Source: an uncultured Bacilli bacterium
GTDB taxonomy: Bacteria; Bacillota_I; Bacilli_A; RFN20; CAG-288
Length of the DNA stretch: 64,000 nt
Assembly (NCBI GenBank): GCA_944371605.1
Contig: CALVXU010000002.1
Location: 27,754-91,753, forward strand
Reading direction: 5' to 3'
In this document: positions 57,044 to 64,000 of the stretch, piece after piece
Numbering within the stretch: position 1 is the stretch's first letter
How the letters are laid out: each line of letters starts with the position of its first letter
Position numbers and translations under genes: made by a program
Notes under the pieces: model-generated
The model's database searches: none
Told to the model about the DNA's origin: nothing
What the model saw: the letters and a program-made list of their open reading frames with translations, nothing else

Positions 57044-59257
57044 TTATAACGCTTCACTTCCGGGATCAACATCGATGAGAATCTCGACATCCTGATTAGC
57101 GATTCTGATCGTTTTGATCTTATCTAAGATAGGACTCATCTCTTCCCATGATTTATATTTTAACAAGAGTTGCCGATAAAATCTTCCATTTATATGTGGA
57201 ATATAGGGAGCGGAAGGTCCATATAGATTGATTCTTTTATCGATTATATTCTCCAAAAAGTAATTTTTCAAAATATAGCTGACATCTTCTGTCCTCTTTA
57301 AATCTATTCCTCTGACGACAATATGTACTAAATATGTGTATGGCGGATATTGATATTTCTTTCTTTCTTGTAATTCTAAAGCGTAAAATTCTTCGTAATT
57401 TTGGCTGGCTGCTAATCTTAGAATTTTATTTTCTGGAACATAAGTTTGAATTAATATTTTACCTTTTAATTCAGCTCTTCCCGCTCTTCCAACAAATTGC
57501 GAAATCAAATCAAATGTTTCTTCATTAGCCAAATATGTAGGAAGCATCAAAGAAGCATCGGCATCTAAGATACAAGCTAGTGATACTTTCGGAAAGTCAT
57601 GTCCTTTAGCTATCAGCTGTGTCCCGATGATAATATCAGCTTCTCCAGAGGCAAAATCCGCTAATACTTCATGCCTGACTTGATTAGAAGAGACATCAGA
57701 ATCCAAGCGTCTAATATTGGCGTTTGGAAACAAAAACCTTAGTTCTTCATACACTCTTTCGGTTCCAAAACCAAGCCTCAAAAAATCACGGCTTCCACAT
57801 CCACAGATATATTCGACCGCTGATGTTTGATACCCACAATGGTGACATTTTAAAGTATCGGTTCGTTTATGATAATTGAGCGGGATATTGCAATTGGGAC
57901 AAGCGACGATATGACCACAATTACGACATTTAAAAATAGGTGAATATCCACGGCGATTCAATAAAAGCATCGTCTGTTGATGTTTCATTAAATTCTCATT
58001 GATAGCTGTGACTAAAGGAAGAGAAAAAAGAGAAGCCAACTGCGGATTCAAATTTTTCGAATCATTCATATCGATGAATGAGATTTCTTTATCTTGGTTC
58101 AAAGCATAGCGCGTTTTTAAATATATAGGTTCATAAAGCCCCCTCTGCGCACGAGCTTTATCGATAATGCGCGGAGTCGCTGAACCGAGCACAACTTTTA
58201 ATCCTTGTATCTCAGAGCGCATCTTGCTAACAGTTATCGCATCATAGAATGGACTATTATCTTGCTTATAGCTGCTAGAGTGTTCTTCATCAATCACGAT
58301 CAAGCCCAAATCTTTTACAGGCGCAAAAATAGCTGAACGTGTACCTAAAACAATACGGCTCTCTCCTAGCAGAATCCTTCGATATTCATCATATTTTCTA
58401 GCATCAGATAAAGAAGAATTTAATATAGAAATACTCTCTTTAAAGTAAGAGCTGAACAGATAACTCATCCTATCAGTCAAAGCTATTTCAGGGACTAGAA
58501 TGATCACCCCTTTATTAAGTTTCAAATAATGCTCAGCTAATTTCAAATAGACTTCAGTTTTTCCAGAACCGGTCACGCCTTCTAAAAGAAAAATATGAGA
58601 ATCACTATCGATAATCTGCTCATATGCTCGCTCTTGTTCAGCTGTTAAATCAAATGGCTTTAATTCATTTATCTCCATCTCTGGAATGCGTGATAATGGG
58701 ACCTGTTTAATAGTCAAAACTCCAGCTTCAATCAGCTTTTTCAAAGTCTTTTTAGCTGTGATTTTGCTAGCTCTTAACCCATCTTTATGCGCGCTGATCT
58801 CTTCTAATAGTTTTGCTTCAGTCCTATTTGGTTTATATGAGACATCCTTGTTTATAATAACAAAATCGGCAAATCTAGTTTGTGGTTTTGATAAAGAAGA
58901 GTCCTTTGGCTTTAAAGATGGAGGGAAAAAAGCATTCAAAACTTTTAGCATATCGGATTTATAATAATCATTAATCCGATATGCGAGTTTGATAAGACTC
59001 TCATCTAGCAATGGAAACTCATCGACTGGTCTATTTATTTTAGATAATTTAATTCCGTTTTGTTCCTGATACTCTTCAACGGACATATCTATTCTTTTAG
59101 GTTCTTCTAATATGAAACCCATGGTGCTTTTGGAAGAACCAAAAGGAACTAGAACACGCATTCCTAAATGATAAGTATCTTCGATTGAATAATAAGTAAA
59201 AAAGCGGTCCAAAGAAAGAGCCGCTCTACCTATTAGCACTTTTATCAAATAAAACAT
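57044..59257 (-). CDS. priA: Primosomal replication-restart helicase PriA
   Basis: Walker A GVTGSGKTEVY, DEAH-type motif VIDEEHSSSYKQ, and the Cys-rich Zn region CRNCGHIVACPNCNIPLNYHKRTDTLKCHHCGY. Confidence 0.95.
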   Translation of the reverse strand: MFYLIKVLIGRAALSLDRFFTYYSIEDTYHLGMRVLVPFGSSKSTMGFILEEPKRIDMSVEEYQEQNGIKLSKINRPVDEFPLLDESLIKLAYRINDYYKSDMLKVLNAFFPPSLKPKDSSLSKPQTRFADFVIINKDVSYKPNRTEAKLLEEISAHKDGLRASKITAKKTLKKLIEAGVLTIKQVPLSRIPEMEINELKPFDLTAEQERAYEQIIDSDSHIFLLEGVTGSGKTEVYLKLAEHYLKLNKGVIILVPEIALTDRMSYLFSSYFKESISILNSSLSDARKYDEYRRILLGESRIVLGTRSAIFAPVKDLGLIVIDEEHSSSYKQDNSPFYDAITVSKMRSEIQGLKVVLGSATPRIIDKARAQRGLYEPIYLKTRYALNQDKEISFIDMNDSKNLNPQLASLFSLPLVTAINENLMKHQQTMLLLNRRGYSPIFKCRNCGHIVACPNCNIPLNYHKRTDTLKCHHCGYQTSAVEYICGCGSRDFLRLGFGTERVYEELRFLFPNANIRRLDSDVSSNQVRHEVLADFASGEADIIIGTQLIAKGHDFPKVSLACILDADASLMLPTYLANEETFDLISQFVGRAGRAELKGKILIQTYVPENKILRLAASQNYEEFYALELQERKKYQYPPYTYLVHIVVRGIDLKRTEDVSYILKNYFLENIIDKRINLYGPSAPYIPHINGRFYRQLLLKYKSWEEMSPILDKIKTIRIANQDVEILIDVDPGSEAL

Positions 59258-59886
59258 TATGGTCTTTTGATAATATAGTCTTTAGAAACTTCTTGACCGT
59301 TTTCAACAGCTTCGATGTATTTCAAACGATTCAGAACAGCCTGTTTAAAACGAAGAGCTGTCTTTTTGACAGTATAATTAGTCAAGCAGACATCATAATC
59401 ATCTTTTAATTTCATCTCTTCTTGTGCTTTCGCGATTCTATTAGCGATTTCGTCATCAGTTTCACTATTGCGCAAACGGATTCTTCGCTCAAGCTCTTTT
59501 AAATCAGGTGGCAAAAGAAAAACCGCCAATGTATACATGCCGCGATATTGTTTCATAACTTGAGTGGCACCAGCAACTTCAATTTCTAGCAAAACATTTT
59601 TTCCTTCCGAAAGCATTTCGTCGACAAAGCTCTTCGGAGTTCCATAATAATGCCCACAATATTCGACATACTCGATAAAATCATTTTTTTCGATGCGTTG
59701 TTTAAACTCATCTTCACTGACAAAAAAGTAGTCTTTGCCATTTGTCTCTTTGACTCGACGAGGTCTAGTAGTCATAGAGATTGAAAAGGTTAAATCCAAA
59801 TCTTTATCCTTCATCAATTTACGTCTCAGGACACCTTTTCCAACTCCTGAGGGACCAGATAATATAATTAATAAACCTTGTTTCAT
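59257..59886 (-). CDS. gmk: Guanylate kinase
   Basis: P-loop GPSGVGKG, TTRPRR, YFFVSEDEF and EYCGHYYGT motifs. Its stop shares one nucleotide with the priA ATG. Confidence 0.95.
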   Translation of the reverse strand: MKQGLLIILSGPSGVGKGVLRRKLMKDKDLDLTFSISMTTRPRRVKETNGKDYFFVSEDEFKQRIEKNDFIEYVEYCGHYYGTPKSFVDEMLSEGKNVLLEIEVAGATQVMKQYRGMYTLAVFLLPPDLKELERRIRLRNSETDDEIANRIAKAQEEMKLKDDYDVCLTNYTVKKTALRFKQAVLNRLKYIEAVENGQEVSKDYIIKRP

Positions 59887-59923
59887 AACAACAAAATTTT
59901 ACCATATCCGAATGAATTATTCA

Positions 59924-61351
59924 TCAAACATTTAATTGAGAAACGATTTCTTTTTTATGATATTTCTCGATGATCGGTTCGATTTCTTGTACGATAAATC
60001 GTTTTGCTTGATAGGAAGAAATACCGGTATAATTCTCAGCTTGAAGATGCGAGGTCAGCTCTTCTAAAGTCAAATTAAAACGGTTATCTTGCGCGATTTG
60101 ATCTAATAGACGATTTGGCTGTCCTCGCTTTACTTCATCGCTAGCTTGTTGAGAATACACTCTTAAAATTTCATGAAGGACTTGACGATCTCCGCCTTTT
60201 TTCACTGCTTCCATCATGATGTTTTCAGTAGCGATAAAAGGTAAGTTAGTCTTGACTCTATTCGCTATAACTTTCTCATTGACGACTAATCCATCAGTCA
60301 CATTTATCATGACATTTAAAATCGCATCAACTGTCAAGAAAGCTTCTGATATCACAATTCTACGATTAGAAGAGTCATCTAATGTTCTTTCAAATCCTTG
60401 CAAAGCAGAAGTGAAATAGCCGTTAGTCACACTAGACATGACATATCTAGCCAAACCACATATTCTTTCACAACGCATCGGATTTCGCTTATATGGCATC
60501 GCTGATGAGCCGATTTGCTTCTTTTCAAATGGCTCTTCCATCTCATTAAAAGCTTGTAAGATACGTAGGTCAGAGGCAAATTTATAACAAGAAGAGGCAA
60601 CATTAGCTAGGACATTTAATAAATAAGTATCAATTTTCCTAGTATAAGTCTGTCCAGAAACAGGGACTGATTGTTCAAACCCCATCCCTTTAGCAATCAT
60701 TTCATCAAGTTTTAAAATCTTGTCCACATCACCCTTAAACAAATCTAAAAAGCTAGCTTGCGTACCCGTTGTTCCTTTGCATCCTAAAGGTTTTAATTCC
60801 ATCAACTGCTTCTCAAGATTTTTTACATCCAAAAGTAATTCATACATCCAAAGCGTCGCTCTTTTACCGACAGTCGTCAACTGTGCAGGCTGTAAGTGCG
60901 TATAAGCTAGGCAAGGCAAAGAAGCATACTTTAAAGCGAATTCTTTTAAATTGCATAAGACTTGAACTATCTTTTCTAAAACTAATTGAGAAGCGCTCTT
61001 AATCGCCATGATATCAGCATTATCATCCACATAGCAACTAGTCGCACCCAAATGAATGATTCCTTTTGCCTTTGGACATAATAAACCATAGGCATATATT
61101 TGAGCCATCACATCATGTTTGACTATTTTTTCTCTTTCTCTGATGACTTCAAAGTCGATATCTTCGACATGCTCTTCTAATTCTTTAATCTGATCATCTG
61201 TGATATTTAATCCCAATTCTTTTTCGGCTTTAGCTAATAAAACCCACAATTTACGAAAGTTGATAGCGCGATATTTTTCAGAGAATAAGTATTGCATTTC
61301 TTCTGAAGCATATCTAGTGCTGAGAGGGGAAACATATCTATCTTCACTCAT
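59924..61351 (-). CDS. purB: Adenylosuccinate lyase
   Basis: GGAGG RBS. YVSPLSTRYAS N-terminus and the fumarate-lyase signature GSSAMPYKRNP. Confidence 0.95.
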   Translation of the reverse strand: MSEDRYVSPLSTRYASEEMQYLFSEKYRAINFRKLWVLLAKAEKELGLNITDDQIKELEEHVEDIDFEVIREREKIVKHDVMAQIYAYGLLCPKAKGIIHLGATSCYVDDNADIMAIKSASQLVLEKIVQVLCNLKEFALKYASLPCLAYTHLQPAQLTTVGKRATLWMYELLLDVKNLEKQLMELKPLGCKGTTGTQASFLDLFKGDVDKILKLDEMIAKGMGFEQSVPVSGQTYTRKIDTYLLNVLANVASSCYKFASDLRILQAFNEMEEPFEKKQIGSSAMPYKRNPMRCERICGLARYVMSSVTNGYFTSALQGFERTLDDSSNRRIVISEAFLTVDAILNVMINVTDGLVVNEKVIANRVKTNLPFIATENIMMEAVKKGGDRQVLHEILRVYSQQASDEVKRGQPNRLLDQIAQDNRFNLTLEELTSHLQAENYTGISSYQAKRFIVQEIEPIIEKYHKKEIVSQLNV

Positions 61352-61448
61352 AAAAACCTCCGATCAAAAAATAAAAATTACTATTTAATTCTACCATAAA
61401 GAAGACTGATAAATCGCTTGAACAAATGCTTGTTTGCAAATATTTAAC

Positions 61449-61477
61449 TTGACATAATTTTGTTCTTAATCCATAGT
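61449..61477 (+). promoter_or_regulatory. Candidate promoter TTGACA-17 nt-CATAGT upstream of the DUF308 gene
   Basis: TTGACA at 61449-54 and CATAGT at 61472-77. A GGGAG RBS precedes the ATG at 61507. Confidence 0.45.
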
Positions 61478-61506
61478 ATTTAAATGTAATAGGGAGCTTT
61501 AAAATT

Positions 61507-62049
61507 ATGAAACAAATAGAACTCAGTAAAAGCAAAAAAATGATTCTTTTTGAAGCGATTGCCTTTTTAGTACTCGGAATTTTATTCTGCTGCTCTATCG
61601 CTGTAGACTCATTATTAGGTACCATTTTAGGAATCGCCCTATTAGTCTGCGGCACTCTGATTTTTGTCGTCGGTTGGATGAACCATAAAATTGCTATCAA
61701 TGCTGAAGGAATAACATCCGCATTGCTCATCGCTTTAGGTATCGTCTGTTTCATTCAGCCTCCTCAGCTCACGACCATCATTGCCATGTTCTTGACCGTC
61801 TTAGGAGCTATACTACTTCTCGATGGTTTGTTAGGTTGCTTCATAAAAAATTTGCGTAGAAAAACAGCATCTGCTGTAATTGAAACCATTACAGGAATAT
61901 GTGCTTTAACACTAGGTCTTTGCTTATATTTAATCAAAGAATTTCAACGTTATGCTGGTCTAGTATTAGGAATTATCTTCATTCTTCTAGCTGTTCTATT
62001 ATTGATATATGTTTTGATGCCAGAAGTGACTGGAAAAAGTGCGCGTTAA
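61507..62049 (+). CDS. DUF308/HdeD-like small integral membrane protein
   Basis: Six hydrophobic helices with the repeated Gly-rich pattern (LVLGILF..., GIALLVCG..., TVLGAILLLDG...) typical of HdeD-family proteins. Confidence 0.65.
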   Translation: MKQIELSKSKKMILFEAIAFLVLGILFCCSIAVDSLLGTILGIALLVCGTLIFVVGWMNHKIAINAEGITSALLIALGIVCFIQPPQLTTIIAMFLTVLGAILLLDGLLGCFIKNLRRKTASAVIETITGICALTLGLCLYLIKEFQRYAGLVLGIIFILLAVLLLIYVLMPEVTGKSAR

Positions 62050-62547
62050 ATGAAAGCTATTTATCAACATCTCAACCATGATGACGTCAAGCCATATTAC
62101 AACAAAGACTCGCAAATATTGATTTTAGGTTCTTTTCCATCGAATAAATCAAGACAAGCAGGCTTTTATTATGCGCATAAGACAAATCGCTTTTTTAAAA
62201 TACTAGCAAGATTATTTAATGAAGAGACTCCGAATACGACTGAAGAAAGAAAAGAGTTTTTAAAAAGACACCACATCGCCTTATTCGATGTGATTAGAGA
62301 ATGTGATATCATAGCTAGTTCTGATAGCAGCATAAAAAATGCGATTGCTAATGATTTGACTCTAATTTTAAAAAATAGTGAAATAAAACAAATATTTACG
62401 ACTGGAAAGACCGCTTATAATCTTTATATGAGACTGATCGGAGATGATGCTATTTGTTTACCTTCACCTTCGGCTGCTAATGCTAGCACAGATTTAAAAG
62501 CTCTCGTCAAAGCCTATAGCATCATTCTTGATCACATAAAAGATTGA
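62050..62547 (+). CDS. Uracil-DNA glycosylase superfamily protein, family-6-like (hypoxanthine/deoxyinosine-DNA glycosylase type)
   Basis: ILILGSFPSNKS, FYYAHKTNRFF and the C-terminal LPSPSAANAS motifs match my recollection of the family-6 UDG pattern. Confidence 0.7.
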   Translation: MKAIYQHLNHDDVKPYYNKDSQILILGSFPSNKSRQAGFYYAHKTNRFFKILARLFNEETPNTTEERKEFLKRHHIALFDVIRECDIIASSDSSIKNAIANDLTLILKNSEIKQIFTTGKTAYNLYMRLIGDDAICLPSPSAANASTDLKALVKAYSIILDHIKD

Positions 62548-62572
62548 TAATACCTATTTTTTTTGTTATCAT
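62544..62572 (+). promoter_or_regulatory. Candidate promoter TTGATA-17 nt-TATCAT driving the tRNA-Ala gene
   Basis: TTGATA at 62544-49 (overlaps the upstream stop codon) and TATCAT at 62567-72. The mature tRNA 5' end lies 11 nt downstream. Confidence 0.5.
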
Positions 62573-62583
62573 TTGTTAGCTTT

Positions 62584-62656
62584 GGGCCTGTAGCTCATCT
62601 GGGAGAGCGCTTCGTTCGCAACGAAGAGGTAGCGAGTTCGATCCTCGTCAGGTCCA
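62584..62656 (+). tRNA. tRNA-Ala (anticodon CGC)
   Basis: 73-nt cloverleaf: GGGCCTG/TA/GCTC-ATCTGGGA-GAGC/G/CTTCG-TTCGCAA-CGAAG/AGGTA/GCGAG-TTCGATC-CTCGT/CAGGTCC/A. It has the G3:U70 alanine identity pair. CCA is not encoded. A T8 run follows. Confidence 0.93.
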
Positions 62657-62906
62657 TTTTTTTTGCCAAAATTGTATCATATACAAATTGAACCGCCATA
62701 GATTAACCAAATTAAATATTTCTAGATGACAAGAATAGATTTGACATAGTTTCAGTTTTATTTGGTTTTAGGTCTATAATCAAGCCGATGCTATTACATA
62801 CGTCATTTACTTAGAACATATTAAAATATCCTTGATACTTTTTACATTAGTAGTTAAAAAATAACAAGATTATAAATCTAAGTATTAATAAACAGAAAAT
62901 TCAACT

Positions 62907-62937
62907 AAAAAACTGGCATCATTCAAGTGCCAGTTTT
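62907..62937 (-). terminator. Rho-independent (bidirectional-type) terminator downstream of degV
   Basis: AAAAAACTGGCA-tcattcaag-TGCCAGTTTT. On the minus strand the stem is followed by TTTTTTAGTTG. Confidence 0.8.
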
Positions 62938-62964
62938 AAACATGAACATTTAAGTTGTTATTTA

Positions 62965-63837
62965 TTATGGATGAACTACATCTGGTCTTTTATCGAAGAA
63001 CATAACGACTGATTTTTGACCTAAATGGATTCCGATAATCGGAGAAATAGTTAAAATCACAAACTTGGCCTTAGGATTGATAGCTGCTATTTTATCTCTT
63101 AAAGCATTAGCCATTTCTATGTTATCGGAATGTGAGATATATACAGGGGTTTCAGAATCAAAGAGAGCTCTTTCTTTATAAATATCTGCAAAAGCACTGA
63201 TAGCTTTTGGAGTTCCTCTTCTGATACCGAACTGTTCTAAAGTGCCCTTAGTTGTTATATGGATGAGAGGTTTCACACCTAATAAAGTGCCAGCGATAGC
63301 AGTTGCAGTATTGATTCTTCCGCCATGTTTGAGATGCATTAAATCCTCAACAAAAGCAAATCCTAAAGTTTCAAAACGATAATTTTCCAAATCTTTGATA
63401 TTTTCTTCTAAAGATAAACCCTTTTCTTTGTTCTCGACTGCTCTTCTTACTAATGCAGTCATACCGATAGTTGCACTTCTGGTATCAAATGGTGCAAACA
63501 CAGCTTGATATTTGGTCGCTAGATCTGAACTAGCAATCATAGCTGATTGGTAAGTGGATGATAATCCAGAAGAAAGCGATAAATACAAAATAGATTCACC
63601 TTTTTCTAAGATAGGAGATGCAATTTCCTCATATTTGGCTGGTGAAATCTGAGATGTTTTAGGTAAGTTATTTTTGATTGTGGCATAAAATTCTTTTAAA
63701 TCAAAATTGATGCCATCATAAACTTTAGTCTCACCATTCAAAACATATTCCATACTGATCAAATGAACATCATGTTCTTGGAAATATCCTAAGTCAATGT
63801 CAGCGGATACATCTACAAATATTTGATAGTTACTCAT
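62965..63837 (-). CDS. DegV-family fatty-acid-binding protein
   Basis: Start reassigned to the ATG at 63837, which follows GAGG. IFVDVSADID, KTSQISP and SLSSGLSSTYQSA match DegV motifs. Confidence 0.9.
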   Translation of the reverse strand: MSNYQIFVDVSADIDLGYFQEHDVHLISMEYVLNGETKVYDGINFDLKEFYATIKNNLPKTSQISPAKYEEIASPILEKGESILYLSLSSGLSSTYQSAMIASSDLATKYQAVFAPFDTRSATIGMTALVRRAVENKEKGLSLEENIKDLENYRFETLGFAFVEDLMHLKHGGRINTATAIAGTLLGVKPLIHITTKGTLEQFGIRRGTPKAISAFADIYKERALFDSETPVYISHSDNIEMANALRDKIAAINPKAKFVILTISPIIGIHLGQKSVVMFFDKRPDVVHP

Positions 63838-63929
63838 AATTACCTCAATTTTATATTTCTTACAATTGTAAGACACGCATATTTTACCATATAATTATTA
63901 AGATAAAAGATATTATTGAGGATATTAAA

Positions 63930-64000
63930 TTGAATAAATCAAAAAACACTATCGGACTACTCAAATATAGCAAAGAAATACAGCAAGAAATGGAAGATAG
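63930..64000 (+). CDS. Possible 5' end of a CDS running off the window (product unknown)
   Basis: GAGGA lies 7 nt upstream of the TTG at 63930, and the frame is open to the window edge (LNKSKNTIGLLKYSKEIQQEMED). Too short to identify. Confidence 0.25.
   Translation, partial: MNKSKNTIGLLKYSKEIQQEMED

Noticed and set aside
59255-59259. Missing rpoZ/coaBC between gmk and priA as a sign of rearrangement
   Set aside because: The gmk stop and priA start share a nucleotide, so nothing is hidden between them. Gene order varies among low-GC lineages, and the other genes may simply lie elsewhere.
61344-61754. 136-aa minus-strand ORF spanning the purB/DUF308 intergenic region
   Set aside because: It overlaps the well-supported plus-strand DUF308 membrane gene and the purB start. 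It has no RBS, and its hydrophobic translation is the mirror of the opposite-strand TM helices. Judged a shadow ORF.
1-64000. CRISPR arrays, IS elements, prophage blocks, toxin-antitoxin pairs, known multi-gene defence systems
   Set aside because: I saw no regularly spaced repeats, transposase or phage structural motifs, or recognisable cas/RM/Abi signatures on either strand.
1-64000. Mollicutes-type genetic code (UGA = Trp)
   Set aside because: Long ORFs are intact under the standard code, and several well-defined genes end at TGA (for example deoD, the NERD gene, copA and hydC). Code 11 therefore fits.

Overview
This 64-kb window comes from a low-GC, standard-code (UGA = stop) Bacillota/Mollicutes-like anaerobe. 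All family assignments rest on motifs I recognised by eye; no database search was run.

Most of the window is tightly packed core genes:
- DNA and nucleotide functions: dprA-topA-xerC, cdaA, deoD, guaA, yebC, priA, gmk, purB, a family-6-like UDG, degV.
- copA-copZ, a trimeric HydABC-type [FeFe]-hydrogenase operon, and one tRNA-Ala(CGC).

Interleaved is an accessory layer of surface and glycan-foraging genes:
- an M6-like metalloprotease lipoprotein;
- a membrane-anchored GH3 plus a CBM lipoprotein, next to a LytTR two-component system;
- a frameshifted GH29 fucosidase lipoprotein;
- a 970-aa Listeria/Bacteroides-repeat lipoprotein.

I found no CRISPR array, IS element, prophage, integrase-bounded island or recognisable named defence system.

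The candidates for undescribed biology are listed below. All are hypotheses, not demonstrated systems.
1. A perfect ATTGCAATA-N12-ATTGCAATA direct repeat (LytTR-type geometry) lies upstream of the GH29 gene. The only LytTR regulator in the window sits about 8 kb away in an operon that has an uncharacterised 252-aa first gene and no agrB/agrD.
2. A stand-alone 884-aa SF2 (DEAH) helicase has two C-terminal transmembrane helices, an extra C-terminal domain, and an apparently leaderless start.
3. A BcrR-like membrane-embedded XRE regulator is divergent from two uncharacterised envelope proteins, with a CTCTCTT repeat cluster in the shared intergenic region.
4. A translationally coupled trio: polytopic membrane protein, double-ATPase 'activase', and a dehydratase-like DUF2229 protein.
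5. HydA reads TSCSP instead of TSCCP in the H-cluster P1 motif.
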